Shown here: positions 36,590-46,218 of the stretch, in pieces | Position numbering within the stretch: position 1 is the first letter of the stretch | Layout of the letters: each line of letters opens with the position of its first letter | Origin: Candidatus Woesearchaeota archaeon | Lineage (GTDB): Archaea; Nanobdellota; Nanobdellia; Woesearchaeales; WJIZ01 | Assembly (NCBI GenBank): GCA_018221205.1 | Contig: JAAOYF010000045.1 | Span: forward strand, 3,264 to 67,263 | Reading direction: 5' to 3' | Length of the DNA stretch: 64,000 bases | Notes under the pieces: model-generated | The model's database searches: none | The model's input: only the letters and a program-made list of their open reading frames with translations | Told to the model about the DNA's origin: nothing | Program-made: the position numbers and the translations under genes

Positions 36590-39024
36590 AGCGACTATTG
36601 ATTTTAGGGCTCCTTCTTTTTGCGAGCTTTGCTGCTGCTGTCACGACCGAATCCTATGTCCTCGAGCCAGCGATGATCACTGGCGCCCTGGAACTGGATG
36701 ACCACTTCACCCAAAGCCTGTTTATCCAGAGCAGGGGACGTGAACTGAGCGGGACGTTATCTGTCTCAGGAAATGCCTCTTCTTTAGTGAGCTTCAACAG
36801 GCATGAATTCACTGTCCAAGCACTGCAGGAGACAATCCTCAATATCAATCTCTTCGGCATCGAAGAGACAAACTTCAACGAACAGGAACTCATCGCCTAT
36901 CCCAGATACTACAGCGGCATCATCCATGTCAAAGGTGATATCAACCAGGATATCCCTCTGGAGATTGTGGTCAACCAGCGAGGGAACAAGAATGCAGGCT
37001 CTTTGATCCTGCAACTCAAGCCTCTCCGCACCAATGTCATCGTCGGCAGAAATCTGAGATATGTCGTCGACCTGCAGAATGTCTTTGCGAGCAAGCAGTT
37101 CGACGTCAAGCTGAGACATCGCCTGGTGAGACTGAGGAACGACCTCAATAGGACGTCGGGACCTATCCGGTTCGATAAGGAAGAGATCAATGAGAGCGTC
37201 CTCCTCAGCGAGGACAATCTCACGCTGATCAAGAGCTTCTCCCTGCCAAAGGATTTTGCTATCGAGAAAAACTTCACGACTGGAGAGTATATCCTGCTCA
37301 TCCAGGCAGAATATTTAGGATTGCTGTCAGAGAGCGCTGCTCTCATCGAGTTCCAACTTCCGTTTCTCAAGAAGAGGGCTTTCGGCTTTTTCCCCTATTG
37401 GCTCATTCTCTTGCTCCTTACTCTAGGGGCAGTTGGTTTTGTCACCTATAAGATCATCAAGCATGAGATGTCAAAAAGAAAGAGATTCAATGCCAAGGTG
37501 GATTATAAGGAAGTGCCTAAAGAAGGGCCGAGAAGCCTGTTTGTGGGAATGATAGCAGAGACTAATAAGCGGGCTTATTTTGATATGGATATCTTGACTG
37601 TCCATAGTATTGTGGCTGGATCTACAGGTGGAGGAAAGAGTATCGCAGCGCAGGATATTGTCGAAGAAGCATTGATCAAGGGAACTGCAATCGTTGTGTT
37701 TGATCCGACTGCTCAATGGTCTGGCATGTTGCGGAAGTGCGTCGATAAGAAGATGTTGAGTTTCTATCCTAATATGGGCATGAAAGCAAAAGAGGCCCGA
37801 TCTTTCCCGGGAAACATCAGGGCAGTCAAGGATGGAAGAGAGGTCATCGACATCCATAAGTACTGGAAACCTGGAGAGATCCAAGTCTTCACCACCTCTA
37901 CTTTAGATCCAAAGGATTATGACATCTTTGTCGCTAATACAGTAAGAGAAATCTTTCACAGCAACCTCCAGGAATTCAGGGGTTTGAGACATATGCTCGT
38001 GTATGATGAGATCCATCGTATCTTGCCGAAATTCGGCGGCTCTGGACAAGGTTTTATCCAGATTGAACGTGGATGCCGAGAGTTCCGAAAGTGGGGAATC
38101 GGCATCTTGCTGATCTCTCAGGTGCTGCAGGACTTTGTCGGACAGATCAAGGCCAACATCAATACCAACGTACAGATGAAGACACGAGATGAGGGCGACT
38201 TGAACAGGATCAAGACCAACTATGGAGAGCAGTTCATCCAGGCATTGATCAAAGCTCCTGTAGGCAGCGGGATGGTCCAGAACTCTGCTTGGAACAGAGG
38301 AAGGCCGTATTACGTGACATTCCGTCCTATCCTGCATTCGGTGATCAGGCTGAGCGATGAAGAGCTTGAGAAATATAATCAATATAATGATGTTGTCGAC
38401 GATCTGGAATTCCAGTTTGAACAGCTGGAAAAAGAAGACCAGGATGTGTTCGACCTCAAACTTGAATTGAAACTGGCCAAAGATAAAGTCAAATCGGGCA
38501 ACTTCAACATGGTGCAAATCTATCTTGATGGCCTTACCCCTCGTGTCGAGAAGATCTGGAATAAGATAGGGAAGAAGCCCCAGAAAATGGAGAGAAAGCT
38601 CATTGATGTTGGGGCGATGGAAGCAGAGCTACAGCAGGCAAAAGAAGAGCATGAGCAAGCTGCAGACAAGGAGAAGCAAGAAAAGAAGAAAAAGGTGGAG
38701 ACGAGGAAGGAAGAGAAAAAAGAGGTCAAGCTGAGCAAAGAGCAGATCGCTGCCAATATTGAGAGCATAGGCCAGTTGGGCAAGCAGATAGAGGGATTGA
38801 TACTCCATAAAGACTGGATGACCATCAATGATCTCCTGATGGAGATCAAGAACATTCCTTTGCCTAAGGAGAGTGCTGCGAAGAAAGAGGCAACAGTCAA
38901 GAAACTCGAGGAGGCTATTGAGCTGGGGAAGAATCCGCCTAAGGAAGAGAAGAAGGAAGCGGTAAAACCACAGGAAGCGGTAAAACCAGCTGCCACAAAT
39001 GGAACTCCTAAGGCAAAGACCTGA
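36586..39024 (+). CDS. Membrane-anchored HerA/FtsK/VirB4-superfamily ATPase. It has a signal peptide, an extracellular beta-rich domain, one transmembrane helix, a cytoplasmic P-loop ATPase, and a K/E-rich coiled-coil tail.
   Basis: Signal MKRLLILGLLLFASFAAA. Transmembrane helix FFPYWLILLLLTLGAVGFVTY. Walker A VAGSTGGGKSIAAQDI. Walker B LVYDEIHRI. Overlaps the wHTH gene stop. Confidence 0.65.
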   Translation: MKRLLILGLLLFASFAAAVTTESYVLEPAMITGALELDDHFTQSLFIQSRGRELSGTLSVSGNASSLVSFNRHEFTVQALQETILNINLFGIEETNFNEQELIAYPRYYSGIIHVKGDINQDIPLEIVVNQRGNKNAGSLILQLKPLRTNVIVGRNLRYVVDLQNVFASKQFDVKLRHRLVRLRNDLNRTSGPIRFDKEEINESVLLSEDNLTLIKSFSLPKDFAIEKNFTTGEYILLIQAEYLGLLSESAALIEFQLPFLKKRAFGFFPYWLILLLLTLGAVGFVTYKIIKHEMSKRKRFNAKVDYKEVPKEGPRSLFVGMIAETNKRAYFDMDILTVHSIVAGSTGGGKSIAAQDIVEEALIKGTAIVVFDPTAQWSGMLRKCVDKKMLSFYPNMGMKAKEARSFPGNIRAVKDGREVIDIHKYWKPGEIQVFTTSTLDPKDYDIFVANTVREIFHSNLQEFRGLRHMLVYDEIHRILPKFGGSGQGFIQIERGCREFRKWGIGILLISQVLQDFVGQIKANINTNVQMKTRDEGDLNRIKTNYGEQFIQALIKAPVGSGMVQNSAWNRGRPYYVTFRPILHSVIRLSDEELEKYNQYNDVVDDLEFQFEQLEKEDQDVFDLKLELKLAKDKVKSGNFNMVQIYLDGLTPRVEKIWNKIGKKPQKMERKLIDVGAMEAELQQAKEEHEQAADKEKQEKKKKVETRKEEKKEVKLSKEQIAANIESIGQLGKQIEGLILHKDWMTINDLLMEIKNIPLPKESAAKKEATVKKLEEAIELGKNPPKEEKKEAVKPQEAVKPAATNGTPKAKT

Positions 39025-39073
39025 TTCTGGAGTCATAACACATCTTTATATATGATGACGCTATTATAGGACT

Positions 39074-39364
39074 ATGGTTGATGAGAAGATAAAGTTGAGA
39101 CGGCCTAATCTGTTTGAGAATATGCTGCTCGTCATGAGCATCCTGGCAACAGGCATCGGCTATTTCTTTGTCCATCAGATGGTGTTGCAATATAGCTTAA
39201 TCAGTTTTGAGAGTACGATGGCAGTGCTGCTCTGGCTGCTGCTCATCATCTTCATCATCAATGTCTCGGTAAATGAGAACTCGAAAGAGGAACTGAAGAT
39301 CCTCATCAAGCAGCAGCATGAAGAGATGAGAATATTAAGGCATGATCTGAGAAGAAAACGTTAA
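39074..39364 (+). CDS. Small membrane protein.
   Basis: Two hydrophobic helices. No family. Confidence 0.35.
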   Translation: MVDEKIKLRRPNLFENMLLVMSILATGIGYFFVHQMVLQYSLISFESTMAVLLWLLLIIFIINVSVNENSKEELKILIKQQHEEMRILRHDLRRKR

Positions 39365-39633
39365 CGCCTTGCGAGGCTCCTTCTTTTATTGAAAAGATTC
39401 AGGATATTATCTGAGAACAATAATCCAAGGAAGAAGAGATAGCCGAGGGTGAAGAACACAAGGCCGACAAACAAAGGCTTGTTCTCTATAGGGGAGAATT
39501 TCTCATTTGGGGCGATTTCAATCTGCCAAGAGGATCTTAATGCGACCAAGAAGGTGGTGCTTAAAATAAGCGGCATGGTTAGGAATGAAAAAATCATGAT
39601 CTTCTTACCCTGTGACCAGTTTTCGATATTCAT
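39361..39633 (-). CDS. Small membrane protein.
   Basis: Two to three hydrophobic helices. Overlaps the pilin gene start. Confidence 0.3.
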   Translation of the reverse strand: MNIENWSQGKKIMIFSFLTMPLILSTTFLVALRSSWQIEIAPNEKFSPIENKPLFVGLVFFTLGYLFFLGLLFSDNILNLFNKRRSLARR

Positions 39634-40064
39634 TGGCAGTTCCTCAGCCTTTCTAATTCAACTCTCTTGCTGATGCAATCCTCCTCTCCACTAGAAGGTA
39701 TCACCCTTATTTTTAAAATTTGTGTCACTTCCAATCCTGAAAGGGGAAACGAGACCTTCTTGAAACTCCCGGGAGCGATGCCTTCTGTCATCTCCTCTGT
39801 GAGGACCGCGTCCTGGGTGAGAAGCACAATCTTCAGCCTGTCGATGTGTGTTGGGCCGTTGTTCTCGACAACAGCCTCAATCGATGAGGGTGTGAGGCAG
39901 ATCTCTTTTCTCTCTTCAAGCGTCACGATGCCGAGTTCGACCTCTTTGCAGGAAAAGTCCTTCACTGCACCCCATGACATCACCAAAGTACCAAGTCCGA
40001 TGGCAAATCCTAACAGAAGAATGGTGCTCACTAAGGGTGTTATGCCTTTTTTCATTTCAGCCAT
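39630..40064 (-). CDS. Archaeal type IV pilin-like protein with a class III signal peptide.
   Basis: MAEMKKGITPLVSTILLLGFAIGLGTLV, the classic KG/ITPV pattern. Confidence 0.55.
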   Translation of the reverse strand: MAEMKKGITPLVSTILLLGFAIGLGTLVMSWGAVKDFSCKEVELGIVTLEERKEICLTPSSIEAVVENNGPTHIDRLKIVLLTQDAVLTEEMTEGIAPGSFKKVSFPLSGLEVTQILKIRVIPSSGEEDCISKRVELERLRNCQ

Positions 40065-40318
40065 TTATCGATCTTTTTTTCTTCCCTATGGGTTATGCGA
40101 ACGTACGGAACAGCTCCTGCAAGAAGGATTATGATGCCCAATAGGATCAGGGTATTGAGCATGAAAGGATCGATATAGTCAAAGAAGAAACCTAAAACTG
40201 CAATGAGCATGAATATGATATACAAAGCGAGGCTTTTGTCGAGAATTAATTTTGCTTTTTCTCTGGCTATGCGTGATTTTTCGAGTTCTAGATGGATCTT
40301 CATATCCTTAGATACCAT
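40052..40318 (-). CDS. Small membrane protein.
   Basis: Two transmembrane helices. Co-operonic with the pilin. Confidence 0.3.
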   Translation of the reverse strand: MVSKDMKIHLELEKSRIAREKAKLILDKSLALYIIFMLIAVLGFFFDYIDPFMLNTLILLGIIILLAGAVPYVRITHREEKKIDKWLK

Positions 40319-40393
40319 AGCAAAACTTTTGCTTGTAGATTATATAAATGTTTGCCCGATAGATTTATATAAATTCATTCAAGCAAAAAAGGT

Positions 40394-41140
40394 ATGGCTG
40401 AGATGACTCCAGAGCAGCAAGCTGAACTCAGGAAAAAGCTCGAAAGCATGAGTCCTGAGGAATTAAAGGAATTCCAGAAGAAGCAATGCATCTTCTGCCA
40501 TATGGTTTCTGGAAAGGTTGCTGTGAAGAAGATCTATGAAGATGATAAAGTTCTTGGAGTGTTAGACATCAATCCTGCCAATCCGGGACATGTCCTCCTT
40601 CTTCCCAAAGAACACCACATGATCATGCCTCAGCTTCCTGAGGATGAGCTGCAGCATATCTTCAAAATATCTAAACAGCTGAGCAACACTGTCCTTCGTG
40701 CATTAGATGTCAGGGGGACAAATATCATCGTTGCCAACGGGCCGGCTGCAGGGCAGAGAGCGCAGCATTTCATGGTGCATATCATCCCGAGAAAAGAGAA
40801 GGATGGATTGGAGTTTTCGTTGCCCTCTCATCAATATGCTGAGGAGCAGCTTGAGCAGACAGCTCAAGTCGTGAAGCAAAAACTCAATGCGCTGCTAGGA
40901 ATTGATGAAAAACCAGTGCCCAAATTAGTTGATGATGAATTCAAGCCAAAAGAAGAACCCGATGAGGAATCTGATGAAGATGCTGATGATGAAGATGCTG
41001 ACGACTCGGAAGATGATGATTCTGATGAAGAAAAAACAGATGATGAAACTGATGAAGATGACTCGGATGAAGGAGATGATTCTGATGAGAAGGATAGTGG
41101 ATTAGACCTTGATGCGATTGGGAGGCTGGTCAATGGCTGA
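40394..41140 (+). CDS. HIT-family hydrolase with a poly-acidic D/E/S C-terminal tail.
   Basis: The histidine triad HFMVHIIPR. A tail of about 70 residues of D, E and S. Confidence 0.8.
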   Translation: MAEMTPEQQAELRKKLESMSPEELKEFQKKQCIFCHMVSGKVAVKKIYEDDKVLGVLDINPANPGHVLLLPKEHHMIMPQLPEDELQHIFKISKQLSNTVLRALDVRGTNIIVANGPAAGQRAQHFMVHIIPRKEKDGLEFSLPSHQYAEEQLEQTAQVVKQKLNALLGIDEKPVPKLVDDEFKPKEEPDEESDEDADDEDADDSEDDDSDEEKTDDETDEDDSDEGDDSDEKDSGLDLDAIGRLVNG

Positions 41141-41660
41141 TTGCGTCATTTGCAAGATCATCAAGGGAGAAGTTCCTGCCAAAAAGATCTATGAAGATGA
41201 TGATATCCTCGCTTTCTTAGATGTGAATGGTGCGGCAGAAGGGCATACGTTTGTTGTGCCCAAGCATCATTATCCAATCTTCGAACAAGTGCCTGATCCT
41301 TTAGTAGGGAGATTGTTCTCTGTCTCAAATAAGATATCTACTGCGCTTTTTGAGACCCTCAATGTGCAAGGAACAAATCTTTTTGTGACGAACGGAGTGA
41401 GCGCAGGACAGAGTGTAGCGCATTTTGTCATCAATATCATTCCGCGAAAAGAAGGAGACGGCATCAACCTGCAATGGCAGACCAGGCAGCTCTCTGAAGA
41501 GGAGATGTCCACTGTAGAACTTAAACTGAAAGATGGGGCAGCACATGTGGGCGTGACTGAGAGTGAGGATGTCATTGAGAAGCCCATAGAAAAACGTAAG
41601 GTCGTTTCTGGTAGGGAAGAAGACTATCTCTGGCGGAGCGTCAACAAAAAGATAGGTTAG
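41133..41660 (+). CDS. HIT-family hydrolase, a second tandem paralog.
   Basis: AHFVINIIPRKEGD. The start is taken at MADCVICKI. Confidence 0.8.
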   Translation: MADCVICKIIKGEVPAKKIYEDDDILAFLDVNGAAEGHTFVVPKHHYPIFEQVPDPLVGRLFSVSNKISTALFETLNVQGTNLFVTNGVSAGQSVAHFVINIIPRKEGDGINLQWQTRQLSEEEMSTVELKLKDGAAHVGVTESEDVIEKPIEKRKVVSGREEDYLWRSVNKKIG

Positions 41661-42511
41661 AATAGCAGATATAATATATTTCCAAAGAATAATGTCAGGA
41701 TCCAGCCGAACAGAAAGCTCGGCACAAAGGGAATGCCTTCTTTCACTAAGATTCTCTTGATCTTCTTTTGTTTATAGAGCCTTTTCAAGATGGCTATCTG
41801 CTTCTTCGTCACTCCTAGATCCTTCGGACCGGTGACGTGTTTTCCTGCATGCTTGATCTCTTTTGCTATCCAGTCTCCTTCTGTCAACAATGAAGGCTCG
41901 ACAAGCTTATACATCGATGATTTCTCCACTGCCTTTATCAATATCCAGAGATAAAAGGTGAAGAAGACCGCTACTGCAAAGGTGAGGAGCATCATCCTGA
42001 TACCGAAGTGCGGAAAGAAAAACCCGCCCAAAAGAAACACTATAGTGAAGGCCAGCATGACTCTTCTTTGTCTTCTCGCCTTCTGGATCACTTTTAGATA
42101 TTCTTTCGTGAACTTTTTTCTATTCTTGAACGCAAGGACAATGCTCCATATCAATCCATAGACTGCACCCGCTATCAAGGTGTTTATGAGGAATCCTACT
42201 AAAAAGAGAGAGTCAATATTGAAGCCGTATAATGCTCCCAGACCCATAAGCAGCTTGGCGTCTCCGCCTCCCCATTGGCCAGTATAGAACATCGCCAATG
42301 CAAGGACAATGAATATGGCCAGCCCGAAGAGACTATTCATTATATACATCGGATCATGATGCACCAAAGAGAAGGTGAGGTTTGCAGCAAGGGCGAATGC
42401 GATAAGGCCATAATTTGCCCAGTCTGCTATCTCGCGAGTCTTCAGATCTGAGATGGAACCGGTAAGCAGATAGATTCCTGAGATGACATGCTTTATGAGT
42501 AATTCAATCAT
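41657..42511 (-). CDS. Archaeal prepilin/preflagellin peptidase (A24 family, PibD/FlaK-like).
   Basis: A polytopic membrane protein. It has the first catalytic Asp region (SDLKTRE) and the GGGDAKLL motif. Confidence 0.7.
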   Translation of the reverse strand: MIELLIKHVISGIYLLTGSISDLKTREIADWANYGLIAFALAANLTFSLVHHDPMYIMNSLFGLAIFIVLALAMFYTGQWGGGDAKLLMGLGALYGFNIDSLFLVGFLINTLIAGAVYGLIWSIVLAFKNRKKFTKEYLKVIQKARRQRRVMLAFTIVFLLGGFFFPHFGIRMMLLTFAVAVFFTFYLWILIKAVEKSSMYKLVEPSLLTEGDWIAKEIKHAGKHVTGPKDLGVTKKQIAILKRLYKQKKIKRILVKEGIPFVPSFLFGWILTLFFGNILYLLF

Positions 42512-42585
42512 GATTATATTTCAAAGAACTGAGTTTATAAAGATATCTAGAAAATTATTTATATCAGCGTCACCAAATAGGGAAT

Positions 42586-42741
42586 ATGAAATGGGAATGT
42601 TCAAATTGTCAGTATGTGTTGAATAAGGAAGAATTTCCAGACAGATGCCCTTACTGTGGAGAAAAAGGTACGATGGGTAAAGTGAAATCAGCCCAGGATA
42701 TCATTGATGGCAGCAAAGTAGAAAGATTGCCTAAGGATTAA
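42586..42741 (+). CDS. Zinc-ribbon or rubredoxin-like protein of 51 aa. Not in the ORF track.
   Basis: Manual translation gives [51 protein letters not shown], with two CxxC pairs. Confidence 0.4.
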   Translation: MKWECSNCQYVLNKEEFPDRCPYCGEKGTMGKVKSAQDIIDGSKVERLPKD

Positions 42742-43145
42742 TGGCTTAATTTATTATCGATATTTCTTGCAGCTTCTATCAAATCAAGCAAAGTCCTCTG
42801 GATGTCTTTCTCGAGTTCTTCAATAAGATCTGAGAGGCTGTCTACACGCAGCAGATAAGAACTTCCCTGGTGCACTACCAGGCCCGATTCTATGAGGTGA
42901 TGCATATGGTGGATCACTGTGCCCCTGCTTAAATAAAGATGTTCAGCAAGCTCATCCGAACTCAATGGTTTATTTTTCTTTGTGGATTTAAGCAATTCAA
43001 TGAATATTCTGAAACATGACTTATTCTTATCTCGTAGGTTGAATAATCCGAGAGAACTGCCTAACCACTGCAATTGCTGATTCAGGCTTTTCTCAGCTGG
43101 CTTCCTGATGTTCATGATGGTTATGCGCTGATGGATAATTCTCAT
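42738..43145 (-). CDS. Winged-helix (ArsR-like) transcriptional regulator, divergent from grpE-dnaK-dnaJ.
   Basis: [31 protein letters not shown]. Confidence 0.6.
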   Translation of the reverse strand: MRIIHQRITIMNIRKPAEKSLNQQLQWLGSSLGLFNLRDKNKSCFRIFIELLKSTKKNKPLSSDELAEHLYLSRGTVIHHMHHLIESGLVVHQGSSYLLRVDSLSDLIEELEKDIQRTLLDLIEAARNIDNKLSH

Positions 43146-43283
43146 AATCGACGTATGGGGAAGGTAGTATAAAAAGGTTTGCCGGAAGGTTTAAATATAA
43201 CTTGTTTACTACATATCTATCTGGTTGATTTAAGGTCAACTCAGAAACAAATGTTTAAATAGTGATTTGGGATCCATGCTAAG

Positions 43284-43745
43284 ATGAAAGACGAAAAGAA
43301 AGTGAAGAAAAATCTGAAAGATGGGAAGATAGCAGAGCTGACCGATACTTTACAGCGGCTGCAGGCAGAATTTGAGAACTATAAGAAACGGGTTGAGAAA
43401 GACAATCTTGAGTTCAGGAAATATGCTGATGCAAAGATCATTGAGAAGATACTTCCTATTGTCGATAGTTTTGAGCTGGCATTGAAAAACAATGACAACG
43501 CTGAAGAATTCAAAAAAGGTGTCAAGATGATCTACGGCCAGCTTTTTGATACACTAGAGAAGGAAGGAGTAAGGCCTATAAAAGCAGAGGGAGAGAAGTT
43601 CGATCCGTACAAGCATGAAGTGCTGCTCAATGAGAAGACAGAGAAGGAAGAAGAGGATGGGCAGATTGTTGAGGAACTGCAGAAAGGATACATGCTCAAA
43701 GATAAAGTATTGCGCTATGCAAAAGTGAAGGTGAAGAAAAAATGA
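43284..43745 (+). CDS. grpE: Nucleotide exchange factor GrpE.
   Basis: LQRLQAEFENYKKRVEKD plus a C-terminal beta domain. Confidence 0.85.
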   Translation: MKDEKKVKKNLKDGKIAELTDTLQRLQAEFENYKKRVEKDNLEFRKYADAKIIEKILPIVDSFELALKNNDNAEEFKKGVKMIYGQLFDTLEKEGVRPIKAEGEKFDPYKHEVLLNEKTEKEEEDGQIVEELQKGYMLKDKVLRYAKVKVKKK

Positions 43746-43910
43746 TCCATTATGAACCTAAGCCAAAGCCTCAACAGGAAGACTATTTCTTGCTGCATGT
43801 CGATACTGTGCTGGATAATGCTCAACGAATAATTGATCGTACCTCTAAAACCATTGAACGAGAAGAACAGCATTTGCGCACTATGAAAGAAAAATACAAA
43901 AGGTGATACT

Positions 43911-44252
43911 ATGGAAAAAAAGATCAACTTAAGCATCAATGAAGGGACAGCATTCTTTGCTCATGAAGCAAGCATCAATTTCGGACCTACTCAAGTCATC
44001 ATGGATTTTCGATGCATCACACCTCGCGTCGATCCTCGGAGCAATGAGGCTCCTACGCTGAATATGGCCCATAATGTCATCATGGTGGAGCCATATCATG
44101 CGAAGAGACTCTTTGAGCTCTTGGGGACAACTATCGAGAAGTATGAGAAAGAATTCGGGAAGATCGAAAAGAGCAAGGCAATGAAATCTGCTGAGAAGAA
44201 ACGAAAAGAGATGAAGAAAGATCCTCAAGTTTCGCCCAGTTATTTTGGTTAA
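43911..44252 (+). CDS. Hypothetical protein between grpE and dnaK.
   Basis: 113 aa. No recognised motif. Confidence 0.45.
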   Translation: MEKKINLSINEGTAFFAHEASINFGPTQVIMDFRCITPRVDPRSNEAPTLNMAHNVIMVEPYHAKRLFELLGTTIEKYEKEFGKIEKSKAMKSAEKKRKEMKKDPQVSPSYFG

Positions 44253-44271
44253 AAGTTGCTTCGCAACTTTT
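44251..44271 (+). terminator. A stem-loop AAAAGTTGC-TTC-GCAACTTTT between the hypothetical gene and dnaK.
   Basis: A 9-bp stem with a 3-nt loop. The T-run is part of the 3' arm. It could be an intra-operon attenuator or terminator. Confidence 0.3.
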
Positions 44272-44352
44272 CAAACCTCCCCACTAGTGCATAAAAGGTG
44301 CGTTTCCCGCCCCTAACAATGAAATCATAATCAAACACAAAGGTGATCAAAC

Positions 44353-46218
44353 ATGGCAAAAGAAAAAATAATCGGAATTGATTTAGGAACAAGCAACAGT
44401 GCGGCTTCTGTTTTGCAGGCCGGTAAGCCTATCATCATACCGTCTGCAGAGGGCGCTACACAATATGGGAAAGCTTTCCCCAGCGTGGTCGCGTTCACGA
44501 AGGACGGTCAGATGCTGGTCGGAGAGCCTGCGCGAAGGCAAGCGACCTCCAACCCAGACCGGACAATCGCTGCTGCCAAGAGGAAGATCGGTACTGACTT
44601 CAAATACAACATCAATAACAAAGAATACACTCCGCAGCAGATCTCTGCATTCATCTTACAGAAGATCAAGAAAGATGCCGAGGATTTTCTCGGAGAGAAG
44701 GTAACCAGAGCAGTCATCACTGTACCTGCTTATTTTGACGACAACCAGAGGCAGGCAACGAAAGATGCTGGAACGATCGCGGGCCTTGATGTTGTCAGGA
44801 TAATCAACGAGCCTACGGCTGCTTCATTGACCTATGGACTGGATAAGTCTGGGAAAGACCTTAAGATCCTTGTCTTTGATCTTGGCGGCGGAACATTTGA
44901 TGTCACGGTCATGGAATTTGGCGAGGGAGTCTTTGAGGTAAAATCAACATCAGGAGACACCCAATTGGGTGGAACAGATATGGATGAATCTCTAGTGGAA
45001 TTCATCGCTAAAGAATTCAAATCCAAAGAAGGCATCGATCTGACAAAAGACTCAACAGCGATGCAGCGATTGAGGGAAGCGGCTGAAAAAGCAAAGATTG
45101 AATTGAGCACGACTGTCGAGACCGATATCAACCTGCCATTCATCACTGCCGGTCAGGAAGGCCCTAAGCATCTGCAGATGAAATTGACACGGGCAAAGCT
45201 CGAAGAATTGGTCGAACCCATCATCAAAAGAGTGCACAAGCCAATGGATCAGGCCATCAAGGATGCAGGCCTGAGCAATACTGACATCGGCAAAGTCATC
45301 TTAGTGGGCGGCCCTACCAGGATGCCTATCGTACAGAAGGCTATTGAGGATTTTACAGGAAAGAAAGCTGAACGAGGAGTGGATCCGATGGAATGTGTCG
45401 CCATGGGAGCGGCAATCCAAGGAGGAGTATTGGCTGGAGAGGTCAAAGATGTCCTGCTTCTGGATGTTACCCCTCTTACCCTTGGCATCGAGACTTTAGG
45501 AGGAGTGATGACAAAGCTTATCGAAAGGAACAGCACTATTCCGACAAAGAAGAGCCAGATATTCTCAACAGCATCAGACAATCAGCCTGCTGTTACCATC
45601 AACGTACTGCAAGGCGAGAGACCGATGGCTGCAGACAACAAGGCATTGGGAAGATTCGATCTAGTAGGCGTACCTCCTGCACCTCGGGGAGTGCCTCAGA
45701 TCGAGGTTACTTTCGACATCGATGCGAACGGCATCGTGCATGTGCATGCAAAAGACCTGGGAACAGGCAAAGAACAGAGCATCAAGATAACAGCAACGCA
45801 GAAATTAAATGATGAAGACATCGAGAAGATGAAAAAAGATGCAGAAGCGCATGCTGAAGAAGACAAGCAACGGCTGGAAAGAGTGACCGTGCTGAATGAG
45901 GCAGAGTCTTTGGTCTTTCAGTATGAAAAGACTATTAAAGACCTTGGAGATAAAGTCAGCAAGAAAGACATCGAGCCTATCAAGAAAGACATCGACGGCT
46001 TGAAAGAGCTGCTTAAAGACAAAGAGAAGAACTTTGAGGCGATCAAGAAAGCCAAAGATGCCTTGGTGCAGAAATTCCAGAAAGTCTCTGAGGAACTGTA
46101 CAAGAAAGTTGCTGAAGAGCAGGCAAAGAAGCAGGCAGAACAACCGAAAACTGAGAAGAAAAAAGATGATAAGGTTGTTGATGCTGACTTCAAAGTCGAG
46201 GACGAGAAGAAGAAATGA
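44353..46218 (+). CDS. dnaK: Hsp70 chaperone.
   Basis: [22 protein letters not shown], and the full Hsp70 architecture. Confidence 0.95.
   Translation: MAKEKIIGIDLGTSNSAASVLQAGKPIIIPSAEGATQYGKAFPSVVAFTKDGQMLVGEPARRQATSNPDRTIAAAKRKIGTDFKYNINNKEYTPQQISAFILQKIKKDAEDFLGEKVTRAVITVPAYFDDNQRQATKDAGTIAGLDVVRIINEPTAASLTYGLDKSGKDLKILVFDLGGGTFDVTVMEFGEGVFEVKSTSGDTQLGGTDMDESLVEFIAKEFKSKEGIDLTKDSTAMQRLREAAEKAKIELSTTVETDINLPFITAGQEGPKHLQMKLTRAKLEELVEPIIKRVHKPMDQAIKDAGLSNTDIGKVILVGGPTRMPIVQKAIEDFTGKKAERGVDPMECVAMGAAIQGGVLAGEVKDVLLLDVTPLTLGIETLGGVMTKLIERNSTIPTKKSQIFSTASDNQPAVTINVLQGERPMAADNKALGRFDLVGVPPAPRGVPQIEVTFDIDANGIVHVHAKDLGTGKEQSIKITATQKLNDEDIEKMKKDAEAHAEEDKQRLERVTVLNEAESLVFQYEKTIKDLGDKVSKKDIEPIKKDIDGLKELLKDKEKNFEAIKKAKDALVQKFQKVSEELYKKVAEEQAKKQAEQPKTEKKKDDKVVDADFKVEDEKKK

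Noticed and set aside
38929-38990. A short tandem repeat GAAGCGGTAAAACCA occurring twice.
   Set aside because: It lies within the coding sequence of the ATPase K/E tail (EAVKPQEAVKPA), so it is a codon-level duplication and not a regulatory repeat.
43742-43909. A 55-aa ORF overlapping the grpE stop.
   Set aside because: No motif, and it is below a reliable length. It may be real but is unsupported.
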